Positions 1 to 10,846 of a DNA stretch of 64,000 bases are shown in pieces. This stretch comes from Spirogloea muscicola (Eukaryota). Positions within the stretch are counted from its first letter, which is position 1, and every line of letters starts with the position of its first letter. The notes under the pieces were generated by a model that was not told the DNA's origin, did not search any database, and saw only the letters and a list, made by a program, of their open reading frames with translations. The stretch is from the NCBI GenBank assembly GCA_009602725.1, contig WELB01000005.1, positions 893,323 to 957,322 on the forward strand. The letters run 5' to 3'. The position numbers were made by a program, and so were the translations under genes.

Positions 1-180
1 GGCGGCGGCGCGAGAGCGGCGAGCGACCGCGGCGTCGACGAGGGGAAGCGACGAGAGAGCGGCTGCTGACGACAGAAAAGATGTCAAAAGGAGCGGCTGG
101 AAAAGCCAGCCAGGTGCATTCAGAGGGGAAGCGGCGCCCTTGTCGTGGGGAGGCAAATCTCTGTCAGTAGTGGGACGGTT

Positions 181-478
181 AGCTTGGGGCATTCTAGCGT
201 CCCGCAAGCCATCGTTGCATGCTATAGAATGCGGCTATCATAGAGTCTGCCGCGCTCCCAGGCACTCGCGATACACCAGCGTGCTGGTCGTGCATTAGCC
301 CAGGCTAATGGCTTCCGTGGTGGTGGTTTGGCGCCTCAGTATTGCATGTCAGATATGCATGTTTTCAATCGGGGATATTAGTGTCCCCCTTAGCCAGCTC
401 ATAACCCAGTCAACAGGACATTTATAAGGCTAGAATTGGCCTCCCTTTCAATTTCATGCGCACCGCGCGCCTTCTCTC
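181..478 (+). mobile_element. Degenerate 3'-end fragment of the CRE-like non-LTR retrotransposon family
   Basis: ~222-300 reads YRMRLS*SLPRSQALAIHQRAGRALA, matching the C-terminus YRMRLAVSLQRSMARALHLRAGRALA of the 58873-59406 ORF; ends in the family terminal motif GGCCTCCCTTTCAATTTCATGCGCACCGCGCGCCTTCTCT; inverted homolog of 8378-8705. Confidence 0.8.
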
Positions 479-1986
479 GTCAGAGGGAAAGTAGGATTCA
501 GTATATTGGCCCTTCCTTTCCCAGAGTCCTCTGGGTGTTTTTCGCAAGCCTTCTGTCCTGATTTGAGGGGCACACTTTTGTCTTGAGCAATGGTTGTTTC
601 CATCGAGGATTAAGCTTTTGACTAAATCTGTTCTTAAATTCCTTGACATCTCAGTGTTGATGATAGCAGACTTCGGGAATGGGCAAACTTGAGCAGTCGG
701 GAGCATCCTGTCCTGCCAAGAAGGTCTGTACGACTGCACTGGTGCAGACCTGCGTAGGGGCGAAGTCTCACATCCTGGAAGTGCTCTATTCAACAAGCTG
801 TGGCTGTATGGCCGACAATGTGGCCGCCTGCTTGATGTCTTGGAAGACTAGCAACAATGCCCATCGCGCACCTCTAGGAGTACGCTGACCAGGCCTGTGA
901 CCTTTTTGCAGGTCACTATTGTTACGGGATCCGCCTGATGGCCGCCGCACATAGATAATGTTATGGTGGCCGGCCACATTGTCGCCCATCCGTGCACTGC
1001 CTCTTGAGATTCCCTCTCCTCAGCTTCACTGAGCCGCCCATCCTACTCGAAAAGACGTTGAGGTCCCTGCCCTTGTGTCAAAGCAATCTTTGCCCATATT
1101 GCCTGTAAGCACTATCCAGCACTTGAAAATTGCTGTTACAGAGTAGTAGCTGCTCTGAGACCTCTTGCTCTATCAGCTGACGCCCATCAAAGTGGTCACA
1201 CTTTGGCTTGTCAGCATCTAGAATTGTCGCCTTTTAGTAAGCGTGCAAGCATTTGATGGCATGATGCCTGTTGCGAAGGGGTTTTTGGGTGCGTTAAATC
1301 CTGGCTGGATCTGCTCCATACAGAGTAGTCACGCCTGGGGTATTCCCTCCTGATGTATTCATATGAAATGTATGAGAGGTAGCTTGACGCTCGGCCTACC
1401 AATGCTGCAACACCACGAATCTTAAATTACAAAGCTCACTCATACGACATTCCGTATGCACATATCCATCGCACTAATTTCTTCTTGTAGAAAGTATCAT
1501 ACACTTGAGGACCCCAATACCCAGCAGAGAAGGCCAGCTTGACTTCCGTGCTGTATGAATGTGTGTAAGCAATGTGTAAGCAAGTGGCCCCTTCAGTCGA
1601 ACGAGCTCTGCACATATGTCATGGTGGAACTTAAGGATTTGCATGACTGCTTTGCCAGCCCGTCAAGATTTGAGGCTCAGAGAGCTTACTGCATACCTCC
1701 TTGCAGTACTGACGGCAATCTATATGCTTGACCCACAGTGACGTGCTACTCGTTTTGCATGCACTTCTAAGCTTCATTGACGTACAGTAGCCAGTTCATT
1801 CTTCTCTCACGCCAGATATGGAAGGATGTGAGAACACCATGCTTGCTGATACACAAGCGAATCGAAGCCTTCCAAACATTTGATTGAGACAGGACCTCGA
1901 GCTTGCTGGCAAGGCCACAGATCACGTGCATGTGAGGAGAAGCCTTTTCTCCACAAGGGCTGACATGTGTTATCAACAGCCTTACT

Positions 1987-3322
1987 CTATAAGTGGCAGC
2001 TGACTACGGCAAGCTTGTGTTGTAGCTCAAGTTGGATCAACTTTACAAAGGACGGCAACTTGGTGCATGCCACTATGTCGGCAAGTGGAACCTGCACATA
2101 CGGTGACAGTTACTCAGTCACAGTGTCGACAAGTGATATGGACTTGCGGCAAAACGATGCCTCAACAACATATATCGCGTTCAAGTCTTCCAACTCTTAA
2201 GATACACAAATCAGGCTACAAGACTCTACTGCAGTACATCACGTAGCTTGCATGCAGTGCATGTACTGCACTGAACAAGGCCATTCTCCTCAGGGCTCAC
2301 ATTCGCTGTTTGAACAGCAGGTGGAGCTCCATTCTTCTTGTTTGCAGCAAGCTTTGCACAGCATTGTGAGGCGTTTGGCAGAAGGCAGTACTTGAGGATG
2401 AAAGCAACAGCAGGTTGCAGCTGTGGCGCAATATACGAAGGGGCAAGTGTGGCCAGCAAAGTTCGTCAGCACTCCAACTGTCGTGTCTGCCTAGCAAGTA
2501 CTGGGCAGTCTCTATGAGGTGAATCCAGCAATTACCCAGCATGATAACCTCGCAAGCACGTGGAAATAGACCGCACCTGCTTTTCAGTGAAAGGACACTT
2601 GCCGGGAGGCCCAGGTGGACTTTTGTCTGTGCAGGCAGCGACGCACGCAGATTGTGAGCTGATGATATGCCGATATCCACAATCCAAGACTGCCCTGTTG
2701 ACTGTGGGTCATTCACGATGGCTGACAAGCAAGAAGATGAGAAAGAAAAGGCAAATGAGTCTCTGACCACTCAGACAAATTGCCTGATTACATTGTGGGG
2801 GGGGGGTTCTCTTCTTTGCAATTGGAGGCGACGTTCTCTTCTTTGTAATTGGAGGCGACTTGTGGTGGCCACCCTTCTTCTTCGTGACCGGCGCAGCAAG
2901 CATGCGCCTCGATGACAGCTCCACTTGGGACAGATGCTGGAGGGCTCCAGCATCTCTGAGCTTCAGTCCGGTCTGTATCACTGCAATGAGCACAGTTCAA
3001 GTCCAAATGCTTAGGAGAGAAAATGGCCATGACTACTGACCGTCTCAAATTCAGGGCCTCCCAGTGGCTGCCTCATAGTGAAGGACGGACAGGCAAGCTA
3101 GCAACTTTTCAGGTGACAGTGCAACGAGCTTTGTCACATACAGGCCTTAGTACACTGCCTCGCACAGAATTTCAGAGCAAGGCAATGCAAGGCATGGCAA
3201 GGCAAGTCAAGGCGGTCAGCATGATGACAGAATGGGGACGCACGCCCAAGGGCGGCTTCCTGCGCCGAGCAGCCGGACACAGCGCAGGCCAAGGCGGCGA
3301 GAAAGAGCATGAGGTGCCTCAT
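1987..3322 (-). CDS. Secreted Lys/Pro-rich six-cysteine protein A (~180 aa; prolamin/LTP-like Cys pattern)
   Basis: Manual splice model, all GT-AG and phase-consistent: 3322-3244, 2980-2792, 2626-2577, 2420-2301, 2091-1987. MRHLMLFLAALACAVSGCSAQ signal peptide, SSRRML, KSPP/TSPP/YKSPP repeats, then KCPFTEKQ|LQPAVAFILKYCLLPNASQCCAK...|VPLADIVACTKLPSFVKLIQLELQHKLAVVSCHL*. Supported by two paralogs in the window. Confidence 0.8.
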
Positions 3323-4052
3323 TCTGTTGCTTTGGGCAGGCCTGCACACAAGCATGAGAGGTGGTCCCAAATGAGACACAGTAAGAGCCGAGGTGTCTTT
3401 GCTCCGACCTCCACGGCGCACGAAGTGTTTGCGCTCCACGACAACTCCTGGCTGAGGCTGCAGGCATCCGATGAAGTCACGAGCCTCGCAGCCCCGTTCG
3501 ACCGAGGCAGCAAGCGTCATCCCGAGCAAGGACCTCTCGGCAGCAGGCAGCATTCGTGAGGGGCAGGCTCAGAGGCGCGTTGAGAAGGTCCGAGCGCAAG
3601 TCACCCGTGCGCACTGGCAGAAGCGAGGTGACGAGGCAGCTCTGAGCGGCGAGGCAGAGCCTGGGTGCTCGGGGCCAGGCGTCCGAGGCACAGAGCAAGG
3701 CCAGCGAGCGCCTTGAGAGCAGCGGACGGAAAGCCCTGGAGGCGAGACTCGGCGACAAGCGCGGGGAGGGAGGGAGGGCCAGGCGAGCTGCGCACCTGGC
3801 GCGGCGTGGGGGGAGGCGCCGCCGAAGCGGTGGGGGGCGTGGGGCTTTGTGGGGAAAGAGCGCTGCGGGACATGGACAATGCGACGGCGCAAACGAGGGT
3901 TTGCGACGTCGCCCCGGCACTTCGCCGGACGGCTGCCTGGCTCGGCTTGGCCGCCCCTTTCGTCGAAAAGGCGGGCTCCGCGTGCAGAGCCCTGCCCATT
4001 CCGATAGGCCCGTGCAGAGATCCGTCTGCCCCTCCGGATAGCGCTCGCTTTA

Positions 4053-4150
4053 CTTAGTGCTTGTTTTTCTTAGCGCTTCCCCTGGCTTGTTCCTTCTGTT
4101 TGGGCTGGCTTTTCCAGCCCCTATCCTCAATGCGCGAGCCCTTTCTCCTT
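4053..4150 (+). repeat. 3'UTR fragment of the CRE-like retrotransposon family
   Basis: CTTCCCCTGGC...GGGCTGGCTTTTCCAGCCCCTATCCTCAATGCGCGAGCCCTT closely matches the post-stop 3'UTR at 47645-47730 and 37140-37225 (reverse). Confidence 0.75.
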
Positions 4151-4788
4151 TTCTCAAGGCGGCTCCCCTCGCCGTCGGCCCACTTCTGAAGCCCCGGTCT
4201 CCAAGCGAGCTGCTCCGTCTCGCCCCGTTACCGCGAAGCATGCCGCGACGGCCTCTAAGGTGTGGGGGGCTGGGCGCCTGGCCCGCGGGGAGCCGGGCCC
4301 GGAAGAGGGGCGGTGGCCCGCCGGCCCCTGGCCTGCCTCCCTGACCCGGACGTCGGGGGCCGGCGTCCGGGGCAGGCGGGCCGGCCGTCGGGCTGCCTCC
4401 CCGTCGCACCCGGCTGCCGGCCGGCAACGCCGTCGGCCGGGCCGGCTGGATGTCGGGCGCAGGGCCGGTCAAAGAGCCGGTGATCACGGCCAGCTAGGCG
4501 GCAGCCGCCTGCGAGAGCCGCGCCCCGGAGGCTGCGTCGGGCCCCCAACGACTGCCCCCGACGACCGACGCTGCCCGACGCGGATGCGGGGGAGATTTGT
4601 CGACGGAACTGGCTGCAGTACGGACGCCCGTCAGTCTGCCATGTGGCGCCCCCACTCTGGCCCTCCCAGTGGCCGAGCCCGCCCCCAGGAGCTTCTCACA
4701 GAGGCCTCTGGGCGGCGCTCCTGGCTCTCCGTCAGGGGCCCGGAGCAGCCACCCCTGCACCTGCAATACACTCACCTGCGGATCGCCT

Positions 4789-4821
<33 letters not shown>
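4789..4821. repeat. (GCC)11 microsatellite in the GC-rich island between genes A and C
   Basis: Direct read of the sequence. Confidence 0.9.
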
Positions 4822-4825
<4 letters not shown>

Positions 4826-5453
4826 CTTCAGGGAGTCCAGTGACGGCCACTCGCCTCACGCCGTGCTTGGGTGCAGTGTCGAGCCCCGGCGTGTCGGCAA
4901 AGCTGCGATTGGGCCGCACAGCCAGGCCTCCGGGGACGCCTCAGTGATCAGCGGCCGTCTACCGTCTCGGAAGCCCAACTTTTTGGAACATACACAGCGG
5001 AAGACGCCCAGTCGCTGTGAGCGTTCTTGACGTGCTGGCATCACTTGGTGGTGTCCTTCTGCGGGGCTCCCTTTGAGGCGCTTCGACTCGAGCCGCAAGG
5101 AGTGTGTGCATCCTAGCGCCCGAGGTGAAACGTTTGCTTCTCTTGTCAAGATTGGTGCCTCGCTGCGTTCTATGGTTGGACAGCGCCTTGCTGTTGAGAT
5201 TGTCTTCCACTCTGCTCGAGGCTCTAGACTGTCTCGATACCTGGTACGAAGAAGCCTTTGACGTCAAGGAGAGGTCAGGTTACGTTGAGGGGCTGCACTG
5301 AAAACCCATGAATGCTACGACAGAGGACAGCAATGTGAGTAGCTCTGTAAGACTTAAACTGGTGCCGTAGAATCCCTCATCAGATCGTCAAAGTTGACAT
5401 GCTGTAAAGCTTCTCTGTTGCACTGCAGATTCAGTCGACCATTCAAGGTTGTG

Positions 5454-6846
5454 ATGAGGATAAGTGGTCTATGGACTGTTGTGATACTACTATTCTCCTC
5501 CTTTTCGACCTTCGCATCAGCGTATCCTGGTATGTGAGCAGCTTGGGCTGCGGATTTCATCAAGATGCATTATTGCCATGCTGAAGAGTTGGGCCACTCT
5601 GGAGCTTCTCCCTAGCGATGCAGAACCTGTTTGTTGGAAGGGGCAGACGAGTCAGGGTATGGGGTGCATCAGAAAGTCCCAATTGTATTTGTCATGGATA
5701 TGGGTGTGCATGTCTGTGACGTGCCTCAAGAAAGGAGGCTCCACTACGGAGATAGCAAGCCTTGAAGTGCTGACAAGGACAGGCAGAAGCTGTACTGGAG
5801 GAAAAGGTCCAGTCGACGCATATCAATGCTCTACCTGAGGCTTATTATGGTCACTGGAGTGTTGCACAACAGATGGAGTTCTGCAAACAACCCAAAGGAT
5901 ACAGACGGGAGCGAAGCATCATGCATCCTTTCCAACTCCACCATCCAAGCACAAATCCACGACAAGGAAAGTACAACCCCCTCACGCAAGCCAGGGGGCC
6001 AGTTCCTCCAAGAAGAGCCCTCCACCAAGCACAACACGAGTTGCACCGGCAGGTCTGCCTTTTACTTGTCATGGCCGTCATCAACTCAAGGTGCTGGGGA
6101 GCATTGAAGAGAGCTTGTAGTGATATGAATCAATTGATTCAGACTTATACGTAATTTGTGGTGACAAAGCTTGGTAGAGTGACCAGCACAGAAAGAGGGC
6201 ACCTGACAGCAGCTTCATGGCAGGCAAGGATTTGCACATAGTAGGACCAGTGTCGTTAAGTTTGCTGGGAGTCTCTGTGTGCTGACATAAATTCTCCTTT
6301 ACTTGCTGGCTCAGGAAGGAAGTACGGTCGCTGTCCAATGAATGAAAGCCAGGTATACATGTGTTTGTCAACTCTAGACACCCAAAGTTAGGACGACATG
6401 CAATATCCAGAGAGCTTTGGGCAGCGCCTGAGGAGAACCACTTATGCTTCGGGTGCAGGCCAAGGTGATTGTCGACAAGCTGCTACAAGTCTGCGTGAAG
6501 CGAAGCACAAAGTCTCTCTGCTGCAAGTGGCAAGCCCTTGTAACCAAAGCCTTTCCAGCTTCACAGAACGTGAGCATCTCGTACGCAAACTTGTCCTTGA
6601 GGACCATGTCTGGTCCTGCTTCTCTTTCCTGCACGGTCGAAGTCTGAATCTTGACTCCTTCATAGTGTCTACTAGAGCCTAGTACCACACATTGTAACTG
6701 CCAGACATATCTTACATCAGTGCACGTGTCGTGTTGTGTGCCAGCTCGATGCGAAAGATGCGGCAGCCTGTTTACAACTTCCGTCTTTTCAGACATTGTA
6801 CCAGCTTGAGTTGAAAGGCACAGTGGCTATCACAGATTGCAACTGA
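5454..6846 (+). CDS. Secreted Lys/Pro-rich six-cysteine protein C (~168 aa)
   Basis: Splice model 5454-5529, 5873-6052, 6315-6352, 6459-6569, 6745-6846 (optional in-frame 33-nt exon 5624-5656). MRISGLWTVVILLFSSFSTFASA signal peptide; KHKS/KKSPPP linker; GRCPMNESQ|AKVIVDKLLQVCVKRSTKSLCCKW...|LDAKDAAACLQLPSFQTLYQLELKGTVAITDCN*; last exon aligns to gene A (LPSFxxLxQLEL). Confidence 0.8.
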
Positions 6847-7846
6847 GACCTTTGCACATCAATTGCTTCAAGCCTTTGTCTGCAAATAGAGACGCGTCCA
6901 ATAGGCAGCAATCTGCTCTGCCAGACAGAACCAGCTGCCATTACGGTATGTAAGTCAATCATGTCACATGGCAGCTTGCATGTCATGGCAAATTTGCTTC
7001 TCGAAGATCTCAACAAACTCAGAGGCGAGGTGAAAGTTATGAGCAGTAACGACTCACATGAGCACTTAGCTCAACGACCACTGCCGGTCGCAGATCTGAT
7101 GCAAGTGTCTCGAGTGGCATGTGATATCATCGACATCTAGGAGTTGCCAGGAGTTGCCTAGAGATGAGAGCGGCTCTTGTAGGGGCGATAGGTATCAATA
7201 ACCTACCTGATGACATGCTGTTGGAAAAAGATTGGAGGCTCAAGCAGAGACAATTGTAGGCCGTTAGCTAGAAACGCTGGTAATGAAGGACACAGTGATC
7301 TTTGTCACCTGGACTGTTGACAAGGTAGCAAAGGTGCAGCCTCATAATCGTCAGCTGCCCAATGCGCGTATAGCACATAGGCAGGAAGCTCTCAGCAAAG
7401 TGTGCATCTCATGCACCGGGTGAGAAAGGGTCGCCAAACACAAACAGGAACCGCAGGAAGGTGGTGGCGAGTGTTCCTCTGCTCGGAGGTACGCAGCAGG
7501 GCTTTGAATAAGCGTGTATCTGGCGTTGGGGGGGCAAAGGGGCCAAAAACACATACAAATGTAAAGCGCTTGCTGCCATGTCGACCTGCTCAGTAGCCGC
7601 TGGTCAGCCTGTTAAGGTCGCTACTCGATGCCCGAATACTGGCTGGCAGATTGTAAGCCCCACCGCCACCATGCAGAGCTTGCCCAGCTCTCCGGTGCAG
7701 ATTATGAGAGTCTGAGCTGATACGCGGCTGCGCAAAGATGACAAAATTTCTGCCGGCAAAATGCTGCCGGCAAGCCAGTCTCGACTAGACGCACATCTTC
7801 ACAACCTGCATCTCCTAGATTGGATGTGACGCTCTTAAGCAAGGAA

Positions 7847-8945
7847 GAGAGAAGGCGCGCGGAGCGCTTGAAATGTAAGGGAGGCAAATTCAAGCCAATT
7901 CAATACATTGTTAAGGCAGAATCTAGTGCAAAGTAAACAATGTCACATGAAGTGGAGCCCTATGCTAAGGTATCTAAGGGTAACAGGGGGAAATTAGTGC
8001 CCACAGGAAGGAGACGAGGACCTCTGCAACCGTAGATGTTGACTGCAGCTGGTAGAATATGATGACAGCGGAGATTGTAGGAGTAATGCTGCAATTCCAT
8101 CCGTCATGCACTATCCACCGCGTAGCCAGCATTCAGAACATTGGATCTTGTGTTAAGTGATGGAGGGCCTGAGAGGCTATGTACAATGGCAAGCACATTA
8201 ATGGATGACATTCACATCACCTGCTGCATTCAGGTCGACGCTGGGCCTTGGTACGCCTCCGTACAGCCACACCGAACAAGGAACGTGATCCTCCGAGATG
8301 ATGGGAGAAGTTGAGAGAAGGCGCCCATGGGAGAACTAAGCAGCTACGGGAGAGCATGCTTCTCCCAAAGAAGAAGAAAAAGGCGCGCGGTGCGGATGAA
8401 ATTGAAAGGGAGGCCAATACTAGCCGTTCAAATGTCCTGTTGGGTAATGAACCTACCTAAACTGGGTAATGAGCTGGCTAGAGGGACACTAATATCCCCG
8501 AGTGAGCACATGCATATCTGACAAGCTATACTGAGGCGCCAAATCACCACCACGGAAGCCATTAGCCTGGGGATAATGCACGACCAGCAAGCTGGTGTAT
8601 CGCGAGTGCCTGGGAGCGCTGTAGACTCAATGGTAGCCGCATTGTACAGCATGCAACGATGGCTTGCGGGACGCTAGAATGCCCTAAGCTACCTGCCCGA
8701 CTACGTCGGCGGGCATCGACATGCAGTGCCAGGCGATGGAGGAGGGAAGACCACTTCGTTCCGTAGCCGCCGTATATATCCATGGCATGCCTTCCCAAAG
8801 AGAGAAGGCGCGCGGAGCGCATGAAATGAAAGGGAGGCTAGGCCAATGGACGGGAGGCTCTCCCAAAGGGGGGAAAGGAGCAAGCGCGGCCAGCGTAAGT
8901 GGTGGCTGGGAGAGGCCAGCCCAAAGGAATGGACAAAGTCTGGGG
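7847..8945 (-). mobile_element. Cluster of CRE-like retrotransposon 3'-end fragments
   Basis: Terminal motif copies at ~7850-7890, ~8378-8420 and ~8800-8840; coding relic CCTMRLPLSLQRSQALAIHQLAGRAL at ~8570-8655; hairpin motif GGCTGGGAGAGGCCAGCCC at ~8904-8922. Confidence 0.75.
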
Positions 8946-9804
8946 CAAGGGCTGTGAACGGGGGGGACGAGGGCTGTGAACGGGGAGAATGTCGTGGACT
9001 CTCCACGTCAACAATGACAACGGTGTTGCGAAATTGGCCGTCAGCTCCAATGGTACTCTGACATCAGGCAAGGGACGGGAATCTCCTTTGGCGTTGCTGC
9101 CAGTAAGCGTTGGTCAATGCCCGCCCCGAGGCGGCGGGGGTCAGGATCCACGCAATCGTTTCCCGTCGCCGTCCCATGCGCTCCCGCCGTCTGCTTGTGA
9201 CGGTCCTGGCCCCCTTGGAGAAGATCTACCAAGGTCCCGCAGGCCGTGGTTTGACTGCCGGGGCCCGTGGCCGCGCACCTCGGGCTGCTGCCTGGCCAGT
9301 CCGCCGCCGCCGCCGCCACCGCGTTGCGCCCCCTTGCCCCGCCCGCTGCGACCGCCTCGCCGAGCCGCGGCGAGGGCACCTCAGCCCGCCGGGAGCGCAC
9401 TGCTCGGAGCCTCGGCAATCCTGTGGGGATTGTGTGCCATACCAAGCGTCCTCGTCGCAGCACTGCCTTGCTCCTTCAGTCGGGCTCCGCCTGCGGTGAC
9501 AGCTCTTCTCGCCTCCGGCCAGTCGATTCGGCTCTCTGCTCCAGCAGGCCAGTGTCCTTCCTGTCACCGCGTTAGCCCTCGGTGCTATGTCCAAGCTAGG
9601 AGGCCAGTCTGCTGTCTGTTATGATGATAGCTGCGGAGCTTTTGTGGTACTGATGTTTGACCTTCATAATGACCACCTATACTTGCATCCTTATTGCGAA
9701 GCGTATGAGTGCTACATGGATACTCCAAGACATTTGTTACGCACGCGCCAGCATGACTATGGCGAGTTGGTGCTTCTGGTCTTTCAGCTTCCCGAAACCT
9801 ACAG

Positions 9805-10846
9805 ATGGCATCTCGGGGAGCAGGTGCTGCGGTCTTGTGCCTGCTGGCCTTGTTCGCTCTTGCCTGTAAGTCCAGTGTGGCCCACTTCTCCCCTCGAAGT
9901 ATTGAAGACTTCAAGGTGTTATGCTCTCGTAGGGTTGATCACAGCGCTTGTGACAAATGTGTAGTGAAATGATTAAGGGCTATTTCATAGTAGGCTGCAC
10001 AACATTGTAGGTTCACTTGAGCAGTAGAATCTGTCACGGCGTCATGTGACAGTCAAGTAAGTGCTGACTTGTGCTTGCAATGCCTCTGCTGTCAGATGAT
10101 GCTGTTCTCTTGACGGTCATTGCCCTTGTCATGCAGCTCTTGAAGCAGAGGGTGCAGGACACCATCCTGCTGGTGTAGGCCATCATCCTGTCAAACCGGG
10201 TCATCACCCCCCTGGTTCTGGTCATCGGAAGTGTCCATTGGCGGCCGCTCAAGTATGTCAACTCACAGAACCTTGGCAGTGACCTCGAAGGGCATTCATG
10301 GTGCTTAAATTCCTAGCAAGCTGTCCTTCCGAGAAGGATTTCTGCTTCGTTGAAGAAGATATGTCATAGCAGCCAACATCCTCAGGTCGTCTGCTTTCTC
10401 ACTCTAGGCACCCCGTGTCTAAATATATGTGAATGACTTCTTTCTTGCATCTGGAGTGCCATGGCAGATTCAGCTACTTATCAACCAGGTACTGAGCCTG
10501 TGTGCTGATCCGGCCCTCAATACAAAGTGCTGCACATACATCAAAGCACAAGCGAAGGAGTATCAAGCAGTAAGTTGGGACAGGCTGACATCAGAAAACA
10601 GATGTGCCTAGCTCGTTTTGGCATGAAGCATGGCATGTGAACTGCAACACCAGGCTGCTGTACATTGTGCAAGCAGCCGTTTTTCCTCTTAACTTTAAGG
10701 GCCTGGGTTAATAGAATATGTTGGCTCTTTGCTTGCAGTTCCTGACATCAGCAAGTTATGCGCCCTGCTTTCAATATCCAAATGTGATTGCGGCCTTACC
10801 AAAGCTTCTACCCTTGGAGGGCAGACTGAATGCATGTCTTAAATGA
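9805..10846 (+). CDS. Secreted His/Pro-rich six-cysteine protein B (128 aa)
   Basis: Splice model 9805-9865, 10137-10252, 10468-10569, 10739-10846: MASRGAGAAVLCLLALFALASLEAEGAGHHPAGVGHHPVKPGHHPPGSGHRKCPLAAAQ|IQLLINQVLSLCADPALNTKCCTYIKAQAKEYQA|FLTSASYAPCFQYPNVIAALPKLLPLEGRLNACLK*. Same Cys spacing and intron phases as genes A and C. Confidence 0.82.

Noticed and set aside
679..888. 69 aa Cys-rich ORF as a fourth family member
   Set aside because: No signal peptide, no CC doublet, spacing does not fit.
3477..5030. Many long overlapping ORFs on both strands
   Set aside because: Stop-poor GC-rich island; Arg/Pro/Ala/Gly-rich translations with no motifs. Likely promoter/5'UTR of genes A and C.
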